In this document: one piece after another, positions 43,920 through 54,623 of the stretch
How positions within the stretch are numbered: position 1 is the first letter of the stretch
How the letters are laid out: each line of letters begins with the position of its first letter
Origin: an uncultured Myxococcales bacterium
Lineage (GTDB): Bacteria; Myxococcota_A; UBA9042
Direction: 5' to 3'
Length of the DNA stretch: 64,000 nt
Assembly (NCBI GenBank): GCA_903840165.1
Contig: CAIMEY010000075.1
Span: forward strand, 44,365-108,364
The notes under the pieces: model-generated
Seen by the model: the letters and a program-made list of their open reading frames with translations, nothing else
The model's database searches: none
What the model was told of the DNA's origin: nothing
Made by a program: the position numbers and the translations under genes

Positions 43920-45035
43920 TTAGGGCGCTAAACCTACCGTCAATACAGCAGATTTTACGGTTGCAGTGCTTTGGCAGCTTGCCTGAGACAGGGGCTTGCC
44001 ATCGATGCAACCGGTGGCGTAATCGCCGCTTAGCCGGTATTGCCCTAGTCCTGGGTTGGCCGGAGCCATCCATGCCTGCGTGTCGGCGTAGGTGCCGGCC
44101 AAGACCTTGACTTCAATGCCTTCCCACAAGCAGTCGGCCTGCACGGGTAGGGCCTTCCAGGTGCTGCCGTCGCTGCTTGATTCGCCGTTGTAGGTGTTGC
44201 AACCGCCTAGATAGATAGGGTTCTTGCTGTTGTTGATCCAGGTCACGGGCACAGACTGTCCGGGTCCGACCATGCCACCGCTGCGCGGCCACAAGATCAC
44301 TTTGCCGACATCGCCGGCGCTTGGCGTGCAGGTGCCCGGCTTGTCTGGCGCGACGCAGTCGGCGTTGGGCGGGCAGATGCTGGCCCCTTCACAGGTGGAT
44401 CCGGGGTAGCAACTGGCTATTTTCTCGCTGCTTTCCGGCCAGCACTGTCCAGGGTCGACGGCGGCCAAGCACCAGCCAGCCTTACCCTGCGCAGGCGAGG
44501 CACCATGGCAGATTCCACTGTCACAGTTGGCATAATCATAGCAATTGCCGGGGATTAGCGTGGGAAGGCACCAGCCCATCGGCTTGGCGCCACAGTTCGG
44601 GCAACTCGGGGTCCAGCAGGAAAGGCCGAGGCCACAGTTGTTACCGCCCATGCCACAGGCCGTCGGTTGTGTCGCGTCGACGTCGGATGATGAAATATCC
44701 GTTGAATCAGGTGGTTGTGTGGCATCTGTACTGTCCGCACCCGTCAGGCCATCGCTCACTGTCGCGTCGGATTCAACGGCGTCCAGACTGTCGGCGTCGG
44801 CCGGCCCCGTGTCGCCCACTGCGTCGACATCGCCAGAAGTGTCCAAAGTTGTGCCTAGATCTGCCGCGGAGTCACTGTCTGCTACCGCGGAGTCACTGTC
44901 TGCGACCGCGTCTGTGCTCGCCGTGTCGGTCGCCGTCGCGTCGGTCCCCGTGCCCACTGGGACCGTTGTCCCGCAGCCTGTTGCTAAGGCGACGAGTCCA
45001 AGACTTGCCGCAATCCATACGTTTTTTGCATTCAT
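43920..45035 (-). CDS. Lipoprotein with Asp/Thr-rich linker and Cys-rich C-terminal domain
   Basis: MNAKNVWIAASLGLVALATGC lipobox; long DTASTDAVADSDSA low-complexity linker; C-terminal domain with 16 Cys. Confidence 0.6.
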   Translation of the reverse strand: MNAKNVWIAASLGLVALATGCGTTVPVGTGTDATATDTASTDAVADSDSAVADSDSAADLGTTLDTSGDVDAVGDTGPADADSLDAVESDATVSDGLTGADSTDATQPPDSTDISSSDVDATQPTACGMGGNNCGLGLSCWTPSCPNCGAKPMGWCLPTLIPGNCYDYANCDSGICHGASPAQGKAGWCLAAVDPGQCWPESSEKIASCYPGSTCEGASICPPNADCVAPDKPGTCTPSAGDVGKVILWPRSGGMVGPGQSVPVTWINNSKNPIYLGGCNTYNGESSSDGSTWKALPVQADCLWEGIEVKVLAGTYADTQAWMAPANPGLGQYRLSGDYATGCIDGKPLSQASCQSTATVKSAVLTVGLAP

Positions 45036-45327
45036 CTGCGCCCCCTACCTCGCCGTCGCTAGGGCGGCGTTTCGCGGTTGGCCTCGCCCGCAAAGTCGTA
45101 AAGACTGCGGCCATCGGCCCTTTGCGTGTACGCCTTCCCCGCGGGCTTTGTCAAAGTCGATTTCGCCCTTCATCCGCGGAGGAGTCACGGCCTAGACAGG
45201 GCCTGGGGCCGTTGCCCATCCTGTCTTGCTTTTCAATGAGTTGGCGAGCTACCGCGACCCGAATCGGCCTGACGCCCGCATCCGGCAGCCAGGGGCAATG
45301 GGTTGTCGCGTCATTGTCCAGGACCCT

Positions 45328-46605
45328 CTACGCCCGAGCAGAAGGCCCGGCCAGCAGGGCGGTGAGGTGCCCTACCGCTTGGTGCATCACGCGATCTGCT
45401 GAAAGCGATTCTAAATCAATAGGTTTCAAGGCGTCGTATTGCAGCAAGATGGACAGCGTCTTGCCCAGGCCAACCGCGTCCTCGGCAGGGTGGCTGAATC
45501 CAAGGCGGTGGCGAGCGATCAAATTGGCCGTGTCACAGCCCGCCGGCGCGATCGCCAGCAAGGGACGATGTTGTCCTAGGATTTCAAAGATTTTCCCCGG
45601 ATAGGCGTAATCAAAGCCGCTCGACACGACCACCACGCCGGCGAGGCTGCCCTGCAGGAGCGCTAGGGCCGCCATGTTGCTCAATTCCCCTACATCATCA
45701 ACGGCATCTGCGACACCAAGTTGGGCGGCTTGGGCCAAGAGGCCCGCCCCATGCGGCCCCGCGTAGGTGAGCCTCAGGGTCTGCGGCCCGATGGCAGGTC
45801 GCAGGCTGGCCATGGCTTGCAACAGTGGCGTCAAGTCGCGGCCATAGGCCAGGGACCCCGCGTACACCAGCCGACCCGGCGGCCCTTGCGGCGCGGCAAA
45901 CTGCGTCACAGCGGGGCCGAGGTAGCCGTTGGTGACCAAGTGGATGGGACGGTTCGTCCTGGGCTGAAGTAGTGCGCAAATAGACGGTGTGACAGCAAAA
46001 ATACAGTCAGCCCGCTGCAGGAGTTGGTTTTCCAACTGCCGGTGGGCCGCCGCTGTGGCCGGCGGTTGCAGTTCTGACCAGGGGTCGCGGTAGTCCAGGA
46101 CCAGTCGGGCTTGACAATTCGTTGCAATTTCAGCGGCTAAGAGGGCACTCGAGTGGGCTGGCAGTGAAGCCAGGACCACGTCAAACCGACGTCCGCGCAC
46201 AGCCCGCGCCGCAAGCCCATTCCAGCCGCGGTATTCATCTGGAAATTCAATTGGATGTAGTGCATTTTGCAGGACACCACGGGCCAAGGTGCGGACGCGC
46301 TGTTGGGCCGTCGGCGGTGTGGACGCCCGGGCCGAACTCGCGGCAGCCGCGGCGGGCGCCTTTGCCACCCGAGCTTTGGCAGCCCGCAGCCAAGTGCGCG
46401 GCATCACGGCCTGAGTGCGCAGTACCTCAATTCCGCTGGGGCCGCATAGACTTGGGTCTACGGGCGGACTGTACCCGGCGTGGGGCGTCAGAACCGTCAC
46501 GTCCCATCCTGCGTCGCGCAAGGCCGTAGCCATCCGTTCCACGCGGCGCCCGCCGATCAGTTGGGAAGGAGCAAAAGCTGCTGAAATCAACAGGATAGAA
46601 CTCAT
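45328..46605 (-). CDS. Glycosyltransferase family 4-like
   Basis: GT-B N-terminal MSSILLISAAFAPSQLIGGRRVERMATALRDAGWDVTVLT; C-terminal sugar-donor domain. Confidence 0.7.
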   Translation of the reverse strand: MSSILLISAAFAPSQLIGGRRVERMATALRDAGWDVTVLTPHAGYSPPVDPSLCGPSGIEVLRTQAVMPRTWLRAAKARVAKAPAAAAASSARASTPPTAQQRVRTLARGVLQNALHPIEFPDEYRGWNGLAARAVRGRRFDVVLASLPAHSSALLAAEIATNCQARLVLDYRDPWSELQPPATAAAHRQLENQLLQRADCIFAVTPSICALLQPRTNRPIHLVTNGYLGPAVTQFAAPQGPPGRLVYAGSLAYGRDLTPLLQAMASLRPAIGPQTLRLTYAGPHGAGLLAQAAQLGVADAVDDVGELSNMAALALLQGSLAGVVVVSSGFDYAYPGKIFEILGQHRPLLAIAPAGCDTANLIARHRLGFSHPAEDAVGLGKTLSILLQYDALKPIDLESLSADRVMHQAVGHLTALLAGPSARA

Positions 46606-46924
46606 CGTCTCGCTGGCTCCATCACCTAGAAACCGTCATCTCGTGGGCGGTAGTCTAGGGCAGCAAGCGCCTCGGCAGCAACGGCATTGGGCCGGGCCGA
46701 TCGCGCGCCTGCCCCGCCGGCCCTCGGGTCGCGGCCCTCCCCAGCATGTGCTAGTCTGGACTCCTGCCGATGTTCGCGCCGCAATCAAAAGCCCCAAATA
46801 CCTATCATTCTAGGCGATTATCGATCAATGGCCGAGCTTCTTCAGGCCTGTGACCCTATGCCCCCCAAAGGCCGTTCAAACAGCGCGCGTGCCCCGCTTT
46901 TCACAGTTGTCCTAGGGAGTTGTG

Positions 46925-47752
46925 ATGTTCTTTCTGCTTGCCCTGCCTCCCTGTGCGCAGGTCGACCTTGCAGCGCAGGCGCTTGGGGCTTTGACGGGGA
47001 CGCCCGCCATTGACGCCCGGCAAATCCTCTTACGCGGTGCACCCTTTATCGCCCAGTGGCTCGAGGACTCGGGGCCGGCTCAAGTCGCAGCCCAGGCTCT
47101 GCGCGATGCCACGTTGGTCAACTGGCCCTTGCACGAGGACGCGCTGGCCCGGGTGCCTCAGGCCCTTGCTGCGCGGAGTTTTCGCTTTGAAAATGATGGT
47201 TTGTGGGCGTCCGATCGGCACACCGAATTGGTCCTGCCCTACAGCGACATCTTGCTGATAGCGCGGATGCGTTCCGATCAAGCGACTGAAACTGTTACGC
47301 AAACGACTGAGCGCAAGACCAACACCTTGGTCATGCTCACCACGGGCATGCCGATTGGGCGCACAGTGACCACGACGGACCGACAAAAATCCGCGCAAAA
47401 CCATTACTTTTCGCTGGTCTTTACCGCCGATGCGGCCGTGCGGTTGCCGTGTGAAGGCCTCGATTACGGTGGCCTGCCCGGGCCGGCTCAGGCGTCATCA
47501 TTTACCAATTACACGCAACTGCTCACAATTTTGGCGCAGAAGTCCCCAGGGGCAGTGGTCGATGCGCGTTTGGAGCGCATTGCCGGCAAATTGCAGCTGC
47601 AGCCGGGCGCGCCAGGGCACCAGCGACTCGAAAGGGAAGGAAAGTCGACCAAGGTGCGCAGTCAGTCCCTGCAGTTTGATAACGAAGACGCGGCCTTACA
47701 GGCAGCGCATCTACTGTACTTGGCCACGCGACGGCAGCGGGCGGGCGGATAG
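46925..47752 (+). CDS. Hypothetical protein
   Basis: GGGAG RBS 5 nt before the ATG; no recognisable domains. Confidence 0.45.
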   Translation: MFFLLALPPCAQVDLAAQALGALTGTPAIDARQILLRGAPFIAQWLEDSGPAQVAAQALRDATLVNWPLHEDALARVPQALAARSFRFENDGLWASDRHTELVLPYSDILLIARMRSDQATETVTQTTERKTNTLVMLTTGMPIGRTVTTTDRQKSAQNHYFSLVFTADAAVRLPCEGLDYGGLPGPAQASSFTNYTQLLTILAQKSPGAVVDARLERIAGKLQLQPGAPGHQRLEREGKSTKVRSQSLQFDNEDAALQAAHLLYLATRRQRAGG

Positions 47753-47777
47753 GGAAAACGTACTCATTCTAAGGTGA

Positions 47778-49010
47778 TTACGGCGGACATACCTCCTGGC
47801 CCGCCGAGGTCAGATGCAGGAGCACCGCCTGGGGATGCGTGCCAAGCCACGTTGTCGTCAGGGAAATCTCGGCCGTCAGCCAAAATGAACCATCGGTTGT
47901 CGCCAGCAGACCGCGAGGGTTGTGCAAATCTGCGGCAAGTAAATGGTTTTCTTCCAGACTCCCGTCCGCTCGCAACCGCGCGAGCCGCGCCGGCGCATCC
48001 CAAGCGAGCCAAACGCTAGGGCCCTGTGCTGAAATAGCCTGAAATACCGAGGGATTGTTGATGAGCAATCGTTGCTCCAGCGCCTGCCCGTGGTTGTCCA
48101 AATGCGTCAGCGTCAACGCGCCCTGCGCTGAACTGCCCGTGACCAGCCAAAGCGTCTGGTCGTTGACTGCCGTCAGGGCCAGAGGCGGACCAAGTGTCGG
48201 AAAAGACTGGAGCCATGCGAATTGACTAGGGTCCGCCGTGACGCACCCTACGGCAAGGCCGCTTGCGCTCGGCTGAGGGCCTACGACGACTGCCGGGCAA
48301 ATCGCTGTTTGCGCCACCATTTGTGGTGTGATCGCCAATGGTTGCGGCGGCCCCAGGGGATGGCCGTCCAGGTCCAGAGACCAGTGTCGACCCGCGTTGT
48401 CGGGCGTGCCCGGCAGCGAACTCAGCACGACGATGCGGTCGGCAAACAGGCCGATTCCTGCTAGCAATTCGGTAACATCGCCACTTAGCGACAGTTCTTG
48501 TCGCCAGGTCGTCTTGCCGCTGCTGCCAGCGAGTGCCTGCACGTAGGCCTTGTGTCCCGGCGTTGGCCAGGGGCTAGAGGCCACAGCCAGCACGACGCGC
48601 GACGACGATTGCCGAATATCTTGAATGAATTGACCTGCATTCTGGCAGTCTTCATGGTACCAGCGCGTGGTGCCATGCAGGTCCGTTCGCAGCACCGAAG
48701 GCACTGGCGGGCCTGCACAATCGCTAGAACCCACTGCCCCGAAAAGCAGCCAATCGCCGCCATCCACGGCCTGCAGGCCGCGAAAGGATGAGTCAAAAAT
48801 GCCGTAGATTTGATGGGTTGTCGCTGTCTCGCTGCATTTGCCCTGTTGGCACTGCACTTGCCCACAGCCGGGGACAGCTTTGGCTCCGGCGTCCAGTTGA
48901 GCCGTGGACGTACCCGCACACGCCCAAAGAAGTAGGCCCAGCGCCCCTAGCATCGCCTTGTATACACTGGGCAATGGGTCTCTCCATCCGCTGCCGGCAG
49001 CATGGCCCAA
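47778..49010 (-). CDS. Hypothetical lipoprotein (possible beta-propeller)
   Basis: Lipobox MLGALGLLLWAC (the internal ATG at 48953 may be the true start); repeated G/W/L-rich blades. Confidence 0.5.
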   Translation of the reverse strand: MGHAAGSGWRDPLPSVYKAMLGALGLLLWACAGTSTAQLDAGAKAVPGCGQVQCQQGKCSETATTHQIYGIFDSSFRGLQAVDGGDWLLFGAVGSSDCAGPPVPSVLRTDLHGTTRWYHEDCQNAGQFIQDIRQSSSRVVLAVASSPWPTPGHKAYVQALAGSSGKTTWRQELSLSGDVTELLAGIGLFADRIVVLSSLPGTPDNAGRHWSLDLDGHPLGPPQPLAITPQMVAQTAICPAVVVGPQPSASGLAVGCVTADPSQFAWLQSFPTLGPPLALTAVNDQTLWLVTGSSAQGALTLTHLDNHGQALEQRLLINNPSVFQAISAQGPSVWLAWDAPARLARLRADGSLEENHLLAADLHNPRGLLATTDGSFWLTAEISLTTTWLGTHPQAVLLHLTSAGQEVCPP

Positions 49011-49485
49011 GACCAGCGACCGACGCTTGCTGGCTCAGGCGGTCCTGCGTCGACGCGTCAGCGCAGCGCTTGGGCCTAGCCGAGGCAGCCAAAGGTTTGC
49101 ACCTACAGCCGCTTGCGCCTGGAGCGGCGATCGCCCGAGTTGCTTGCACTCATTGTCGAGACGCGAAACCCCCGGTTCAATCTTACACTTTCTTGCGCGT
49201 CGGCATGGCGTGCACCAAGGCCGCCAAGGAAACCCGCGCCGTTACAACGGCCAAACCCACACCACCGACAATTGTTCCCACCAGCACGAGGTTGCCCATG
49301 ATCTGCTCCACGCGGCCAATTCACAGCCAAGTGTGGACGCTAGAACGGTCTGGGGAAAACGCAAAAAAACGATCCAGAATGCACGGTTGTCCCCTGTACT
49401 GCCGGGCAAGAATCGCGCGCCGCGGCAGTTGCAAAACAGGTGTAATTCTGCCGCAGAACTGCGGCAGAACTGCCGCGAACTGTCG

Positions 49486-51210
49486 CTAAACCATAATCCG
49501 CTCAGACACTTGTAACGCCTGACGCAGCCTCTGACTCAAGGCCTGACCAAAGGCCTGCAGGGTCAACTCACCAATCCCCTGGGCGCTATGGGCAAAACGC
49601 GGTCGCCACGAGCCGTTGTCTTGTAACTCGGCGGTAATTTGCAGAGAAACCTGTTGTTCGCCGCTGCCAAAGCGCAACTCCACCGCCACCTCGTCGCGCT
49701 GCCAACTCGCGGCCCCAGCTTGGAGTCCAGCCAAGGGCTGCCGCGTCAACTGTTCAACCAGTAACGCTAATTGCTGTCGTGCCCGTTGCAAGGCTTGCTG
49801 TCGAATTCGCGCCGCGCGCAGGGCTGCATCGTGGGCCAGTTGCAGATCGCGCAGGGGCGGCAGGTCACACTCCTGCGAGAAAAGCGTAAAAAGTTCGAGC
49901 ACTTGCTTGTGCAGCTCGGCGCAGTCAACAGCGCCCCGGGGTTGGGAGGCCGCCCTTAGGACCATCTTGTCACTGCGCGCCAGTAGCCAGGGCTTTGCGG
50001 CGATCGGCACCGACGTCGCTTGTACCACAAAGGTGTAACCTTGCAGTTCTATGTGAATTTCTCCGCGAGCCTCGTCGGACTTGACCACGCGACCCGCACG
50101 GGACTGCAACCACGGTTCCAGGGTCGGCAGGGCCAGCAAAGGCAGCAGGCGCCCGCGCAACGGCAACTGCCAAGCCAAGGCCGGTGTGACGGGCTGGAAT
50201 TCAGAATCACCATAGAATTGCCGGTACTTGTCAAACACACCGCCGCAGACGCCATCGAATACGCACTGGCTACAGCCGCTGGGCTTGTGCTTGTCGACGC
50301 GCTTATCCTCGTATTTGTTGAATCCTTCCTGGGTCTTGCCCTGCCCATCGGCCGCAACCGTCACCGTATCCTCGCCGTCATGGTGGATGCGATGTTGCAG
50401 CTCCGGCATGGTGCAATAGGGAATGTTGCCGAAATTCAAGTCGAAATCGTCGCCCTTTTGGCTGCTGAGTCTTGACTCCAACTCCGCCAGCGGCCCGCGC
50501 AACTCGCTGTACTTAGGCATGATCGTCTGCAGATAGGCGTCGGTGCGATCGCCGGCGTCGCGGGGACGGATCATGTCCAGGTGCAGGTTTTCGAAGTGAT
50601 ATTGGCTCGCCAAATCAGCAAGTTCGGGCAGCGATTGCGCGTTAGAGGTGACCACGCAGCAATTGCCACTGAGGCGCTGTCCTTGGCCATCAAGTACTTG
50701 TAACGATTCAATAATTCTCTTCCACGCCCCAGGGTTGCAGGTCGTCGCGTCATGGGCGTCCTGCGTGCCGCCTTGCAATGAAAAACGCCAAATCACCCGC
50801 TGCTGACGCCCTGGGCCCAGTAGGTCCAGAATCTCCCCAACTTGATTGCGGAATCGCGCCTTGGGCGTCATGACGCCATTGGTAAAGATCACCAGTTCGG
50901 CAAAGTCGAGGTCGACCGCGGCGCGCAAGAGATCCAAAAAGGTGCTCTGAAGCGTCGGCTCTCCACCTAGAAACGTAATTTTTTCAGCGCCATTTGCCCT
51001 GGCGGTGCGCAGTTGGGCCAGGATCGGCTCGGCAGGCAACTGCGGGGCTCTCTTCTGCTCAGACAGCTGTCCGGACACGCAGAACACGCAACGATTGTTG
51101 CATAAATGCCCCAGCTGCACTTCCACTTGGCGCTGCGGTTCAGCCACGGTCCGCTTCTCCCTGCGGCAGCGCCCAATTCCGGCGTGCCCGTGTTGTAGAC
51201 TAGCGGGCAT
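49486..51210 (-). CDS. Radical SAM enzyme with partial SPASM/twitch-like Cys cluster and ~230-aa C-terminal domain of unknown function
   Basis: CNNRCVFC (CxxxCxxC) plus GGEPTL; downstream CSQCVFDGVCGG (Cx2Cx5C); 574 aa. Confidence 0.75.
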   Translation of the reverse strand: MPASLQHGHAGIGRCRREKRTVAEPQRQVEVQLGHLCNNRCVFCVSGQLSEQKRAPQLPAEPILAQLRTARANGAEKITFLGGEPTLQSTFLDLLRAAVDLDFAELVIFTNGVMTPKARFRNQVGEILDLLGPGRQQRVIWRFSLQGGTQDAHDATTCNPGAWKRIIESLQVLDGQGQRLSGNCCVVTSNAQSLPELADLASQYHFENLHLDMIRPRDAGDRTDAYLQTIMPKYSELRGPLAELESRLSSQKGDDFDLNFGNIPYCTMPELQHRIHHDGEDTVTVAADGQGKTQEGFNKYEDKRVDKHKPSGCSQCVFDGVCGGVFDKYRQFYGDSEFQPVTPALAWQLPLRGRLLPLLALPTLEPWLQSRAGRVVKSDEARGEIHIELQGYTFVVQATSVPIAAKPWLLARSDKMVLRAASQPRGAVDCAELHKQVLELFTLFSQECDLPPLRDLQLAHDAALRAARIRQQALQRARQQLALLVEQLTRQPLAGLQAGAASWQRDEVAVELRFGSGEQQVSLQITAELQDNGSWRPRFAHSAQGIGELTLQAFGQALSQRLRQALQVSERIMV

Positions 51211-51325
51211 GGGCCCTTGACGCCAGCCTTTTCGATGAATCGCGGTCGTAACTGCTTGGAATAAAGTGGCTTTATTGTGCTGGCGCCTCGTTGTCTAGGG
51301 CGCCTAGCCCTTGGCCCAACGTGTT

Positions 51326-51799
51326 CTACGTGTTACGGCGCAATTGCCAATGAATCAAAGCTGTTCGATTGGGAACCACGGAGCGACGCGTACTCACCTG
51401 CGCCCAAGCCGCGTCTAGGTTCAGTCCTTGGTGGGCCACCAGCCAAGCGATGGCCACGGTCGGCGAGCGATTCAGACCGGCGGTGCAGTGCAAATACACT
51501 GATCTTCCGCCGGCATGCATCGACTGTACAGCTGCCACGGCATCGGGTAGCCCTTGGACCAAGCTGATGTCGTCAAAATCTGTAATCGGCTTGCGTTCCG
51601 CGGAGATTCCTTGGGCCATGAGGAAGCGCCACAGCAGGGCCCAGGTCAAGCCCAGGGCTTCTAAGTCCCGATCGGTCTGAACGCAGACCAGGGCGTTAAT
51701 TCCCTGTTGGCGCAGGGCCTTAATCCGCTCCGGCGAATCCGGGCAGGGACCGACAAAGAGGCGATCAGCCACTTCATGGAACTCAAAGCTTTGCGGCAT
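51326..51799 (-). CDS. Dual-specificity protein phosphatase (CX5R)
   Basis: VYLHCTAGLNRSPTVAIAWLV = HCxxGxxRS P-loop. Confidence 0.75.
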   Translation of the reverse strand: MPQSFEFHEVADRLFVGPCPDSPERIKALRQQGINALVCVQTDRDLEALGLTWALLWRFLMAQGISAERKPITDFDDISLVQGLPDAVAAVQSMHAGGRSVYLHCTAGLNRSPTVAIAWLVAHQGLNLDAAWAQVSTRRSVVPNRTALIHWQLRRNT

Positions 51800-51838
51800 A
51801 GTAGGCGAAATCCTTGGGAATGGCGGACAAGATCCTGG

Positions 51839-52753
51839 CTATTGGTTCGGCGCTGACTGGGACCGATCCGCGGTAGCCTTGGTGCACTCATCGGGCACAA
51901 AGGACGAAAATAATTTGAGATCAATCGGTTGAGGCGTGGGGTCGTCCTCCTGATCGATCCAATGCTTGGCCAGCAGCGTGCCGGTGACGATGCCCGCAGC
52001 ACCCACGCCGACCAGGGTAAAGCGGCTGAAATCGCCGCCTAAGCCATCGAATTTGCTGAATCGGTCTAGCACTGCTGCTCCGGCCAGCAAGGAGGCTCCC
52101 AGGGCAATGGCGGTCCAGGCAGGCCAGCGAGCGTGAGGTTCTTGGGGCGCCAAAGATGCCGAAAAACGAACACTTGAGCCCGGAGTCAACACAAAGTTCG
52201 CTGAGCCCGGCACATGACCCGGTTGACGCAGGACCACGCTATGCGGTCCGGCCGGCAGGGCAGCCATCGGCTCGCCAAGCTTGAGGATCTTGGATTCAAT
52301 TTCAGCAGTACTACCAGGGGCTTGGGTAGAGTCCAAGCCGACTAGGCCCAAGGTGAGCACGGTGACCGGCGTACCTTGCCCCGCGACCACGACCAGCGGA
52401 TTGGGCAGAGCCCGAAGGCGCGTCGCGTCGCCTCCAATGGCCCAAGTGCCCGTCGCCAGATCGCAATGGTTGCTGCCGGGATGCAATGAGAAGTGCGTGG
52501 TTGCGCGCCCATTTTGCAGGTCAAGGGTCAATGTCGCATCGGCCTGGATATCGACATAGCCCGGGGCCTGGCTCGCGGCTTGGGGCAGGGCAACGGCCGG
52601 CGCCGAGGCCTCCGGCTGGGTCGCAGCGGCTGTCCCCGCACTGGGCTGAACACCGGGGCTAGTGGACGCTGGCGGTGCCGCCTGAGCCGGGGCCAGACGC
52701 AGCAGCAGGGCACAACTCAGCGCGAGGCAAGGCAACGGGGCTGCACGGTTCAT
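51839..52753 (-). CDS. Type-I membrane protein, hypothetical
   Basis: ATG 52753 after GGAGA; signal MNRAAPLPCLALSCALLLRLAPAQA; single C-terminal TM (AIALGASLLAGAAVL) and short cytoplasmic tail. Confidence 0.5.
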   Translation of the reverse strand: MNRAAPLPCLALSCALLLRLAPAQAAPPASTSPGVQPSAGTAAATQPEASAPAVALPQAASQAPGYVDIQADATLTLDLQNGRATTHFSLHPGSNHCDLATGTWAIGGDATRLRALPNPLVVVAGQGTPVTVLTLGLVGLDSTQAPGSTAEIESKILKLGEPMAALPAGPHSVVLRQPGHVPGSANFVLTPGSSVRFSASLAPQEPHARWPAWTAIALGASLLAGAAVLDRFSKFDGLGGDFSRFTLVGVGAAGIVTGTLLAKHWIDQEDDPTPQPIDLKLFSSFVPDECTKATADRSQSAPNQ

Positions 52754-52778
52754 CAGGGTCTCCAGCGCGCGATCGGCG

Positions 52779-53408
52779 TTAGGCTCGGGAATCCACGTTA
52801 TGTTCTGGCGATTTGCGTGCCGAGACCAAGGACGGTCGTCGCCACAGCCGCTCCGCCAAATCTTTGAGCCCGGCATGGGCCTGCAGATCGATGCCGTACC
52901 GCTCCAAGATCGACAGTGGCTGCGCCAGACATAAGTCCGCGTATGTCAAAGAGTCTCCGACGAGCCATTGCCGTTGTCCGAGCAGCGCCGCAAACACCGC
53001 CAAGGCCCGCTGAACCCGGTGACCTTCCTGGCGAACGACTTGCAAATCCCATTGATCGGGGTCGCGCCCGCTCATCGCTCGGTCGAGCTTGAGCAACGGC
53101 TCTAGCAGTGCGGCATTGCAGATCTGCTCCGCCATGGCCACGCGCGCCTTCTGCAAGGGATCCGCGGGGATCAGGGCCGGTCCGAGGCTGCCTTCGATGA
53201 ACTCGACGATGGTCAGCGAGCCAAAGATCGGCTTGCCGGCGTCGGTCACATAAATCGGCAAAGTTCCTAAGGGGTTGAGCGAGAGCAGCTCCGGCGGCGG
53301 CAGGTCGCGCACCACCCAGTTGGCCACATGCGCAAGCTCGCGCTCCGCCAAATACGCACGCACGCGCAGGCAGTAGGGGCAATCGTAGTACTGGTAGAGC
53401 GTAGCCAT
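52779..53408 (-). CDS. Glutaredoxin-2/GST-fold protein
   Basis: MATLYQYYDCPYCLRVRAYL (CPYC active site) with a GST-like C-terminal helical domain; the upstream part of the long ORF is an artefact. Confidence 0.7.
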   Translation of the reverse strand: MATLYQYYDCPYCLRVRAYLAERELAHVANWVVRDLPPPELLSLNPLGTLPIYVTDAGKPIFGSLTIVEFIEGSLGPALIPADPLQKARVAMAEQICNAALLEPLLKLDRAMSGRDPDQWDLQVVRQEGHRVQRALAVFAALLGQRQWLVGDSLTYADLCLAQPLSILERYGIDLQAHAGLKDLAERLWRRPSLVSARKSPEHNVDSRA

Positions 53409-53507
53409 TGGCCTCCGTAGCCCGCGAGGATAGACGCAAAACGCCGGTGGCTCAAGGCGGTCCGGGCGCGGTTGCCGAGGCGCTGGCAAATCGCTAGGCT
53501 TGGGTCG

Positions 53508-54623
53508 ATGCGCGGCCGTCGGCAGGCCGGCCAGAAGAGGGTTCGCTTGACATCCACAGACATCCATTGTTGGGCAAGCAAGGCCGTATTGCTTGGGTTT
53601 TTGGGCGGATTCTTCATCGGTTGTGGTGACAAATCCGGCACCACCGGCGTGACCGACACGGCGGCGGCGACCGACAGCAGCGACGCCAAGGGCCAACCAA
53701 GCGACGCCGCGACCGACGCTGTGCTCACCGTCCCAGGACTGGGCAAAGTCTGCGCCGCCAAAACGGATTGCCCCGGCACCTTGTTTTGCCTGGAGACCAA
53801 CAGCGTCTCGGGCACTGGCATTTGCAGTCAAACCTGCATCAACCATGCCGATTGCGGCAAGGGCTACTTCTGCAATCCCGTGGCGGATAAGACCGTGTGC
53901 ACGCCGCCGCGCTATTGCGATCCCTGCACCACGGCTCAGGATTGTGGCGCGGACCTCCCTCTGTGCCTGCCCGGCAGCGACGGCCGCTCGTACTGCACCC
54001 ACAGCTGCGCGGTGGGCGATACCAGCTGTTCGCCCGGTTCATCGTGCAAGACCTATGGCAGTAAGATCAACGAATCCGCGTGTATGCCCGATTTCGGCAG
54101 TTGCAGCGGCGACGGCAGCCAGTGCAGCCCCTGCAGCGCCCAGGCCGACTGCGCCAGCAACGCCCAATGCCTGACATCCCCTGATACTGGCGAGCAATTT
54201 TGCGCCCAAACCTGCAAACCGGGCGATCCCAGCGGTTGCCCAGCCGGCTATGGCTGCTGGGAGCAAAAAACCACGCCAGGAAAGGGACTTTGCTACAAAT
54301 CGATCGCCGGCAAACTCGTCGCCACCTGCGCCAAGGGCGACAAAGGCTTCTGCGATTCGTGCGCCCATGACTGGGAATGTGCGTCGAATCGCTGTGCTAG
54401 CAAGGACAGCAAATCGTTTTGCGTGCAGCCCAATCCGTGCGACAAGACGACCGAAGCCAAGGACTGCCCCTATGGCGGCGAGGCGACGTTTTGCGTGCCC
54501 TCCTCGGTCGGCAATATCTGTTCTCCGCCGCCGGCTTACGGTTGCCAAGGCTTCAAAGGCTGCATGGGTCACGCGTGCGGCAATGGCGAAGTTTGCGACA
54601 ACGGTGTCTGCAAAAAATCCTAG
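53508..54623 (+). CDS. Cys-rich secreted protein (about 40 Cys)
   Basis: Hydrophobic N-terminus ending FFIGC; CxxDC/CxxxxxC modules throughout; start uncertain (TTG 53472 or ATG 53508). Confidence 0.55.
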   Translation: MRGRRQAGQKRVRLTSTDIHCWASKAVLLGFLGGFFIGCGDKSGTTGVTDTAAATDSSDAKGQPSDAATDAVLTVPGLGKVCAAKTDCPGTLFCLETNSVSGTGICSQTCINHADCGKGYFCNPVADKTVCTPPRYCDPCTTAQDCGADLPLCLPGSDGRSYCTHSCAVGDTSCSPGSSCKTYGSKINESACMPDFGSCSGDGSQCSPCSAQADCASNAQCLTSPDTGEQFCAQTCKPGDPSGCPAGYGCWEQKTTPGKGLCYKSIAGKLVATCAKGDKGFCDSCAHDWECASNRCASKDSKSFCVQPNPCDKTTEAKDCPYGGEATFCVPSSVGNICSPPPAYGCQGFKGCMGHACGNGEVCDNGVCKKS

